Shown here: positions 45,303-45,402 of the stretch, one piece after another
How the letters are laid out: each line of letters opens with the position of its first letter
How positions within the stretch are numbered: position 1 is the first letter of the stretch
Assembly: GCA_013202525.1 (NCBI GenBank)
Contig: JABMQS010000118.1
Span: forward strand, 1 to 45,402
Source: Candidatus Omnitrophota bacterium
Lineage (GTDB): Bacteria > Omnitrophota > Gorgyraeia > JABMRG01
Reading direction: 5' to 3'
DNA: 45,402 nt
Position numbers and translations under genes: made by a program
Notes under the pieces: generated by a model
What the model saw: only the letters and a program-made list of their open reading frames with translations
The model's database searches: none
Told to the model about the DNA's origin: nothing

Positions 45303-45402
45303 TTTAGGGGAAAACCCTGATGGTTATTCCCCTAATATTCCTATTCCTTCCGCAGGGAAGCTTACTGCGCCGATAACGGGGGCCAGTCTCCCCCCTTAAA
45401 AA

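Noticed and set aside
45190-45375. c-di-GMP-I riboswitch (GGGCAAACCC on the minus strand) or tRNA in the right-end region
   Set aside because: The downstream GACGCAAA/P3 elements are missing, the site lies upstream of the predicted promoter, and no cloverleaf or T-loop motif was found. Only short hairpins are present.

Overview
A chromosomal 45.4-kb window from a diderm (LPS-making) bacterium. I infer phylum Omnitrophota from the protein families and fusions, but this is not verified. Every credible gene lies on the minus strand. In transcription order (right to left) the window holds: (1) a small MerR/BldC-type HTH gene leading a type IV pilus/T2SS-like cluster (fused pilM-pilN, pilO, pilP/gspB-like, pilQ secretin, pilB with an MshEN domain, pilC, and a pilin with its own consensus promoter and terminator); (2) three uncharacterised membrane-enzyme genes (GT-C-like plus TPR, a second GT-C-like protein, and an Aur1/Ipt1-type PAP2 phosphotransferase); (3) ilvD-ilvB-ilvN-ilvC-leuA; (4) aroE-pilD-aroC-aroK; (5) dprA-topA-xerC; (6) an LPS operon (waaA, lpxK, an lpxL-ELM1 fusion, a GT4-GT9 fusion, GT4, a deacetylase, three GT9 genes, rfaE kinase, kdsB). 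Two tandem paralogous secreted fibre-like genes sit between waaA and lpxK. They share a near-identical ~207-codon N-terminus carrying an STYYPAPYG motif, and have unrelated tips and different chaperone-like C-termini. The intergenic DNA is rich in structured repeats: a 52-bp-period hairpin array at the left edge, a dispersed REP/REPIN-like family (one copy carrying a nested second element), three inverted 7/8-mer arrays, a ~208-nt multibranch element, and 10-bp-phased direct repeats around the pilus-operon promoter. No CRISPR-Cas, rRNA, tRNA or transposase gene was recognised. All calls come from motif reading by eye; no searches were run.
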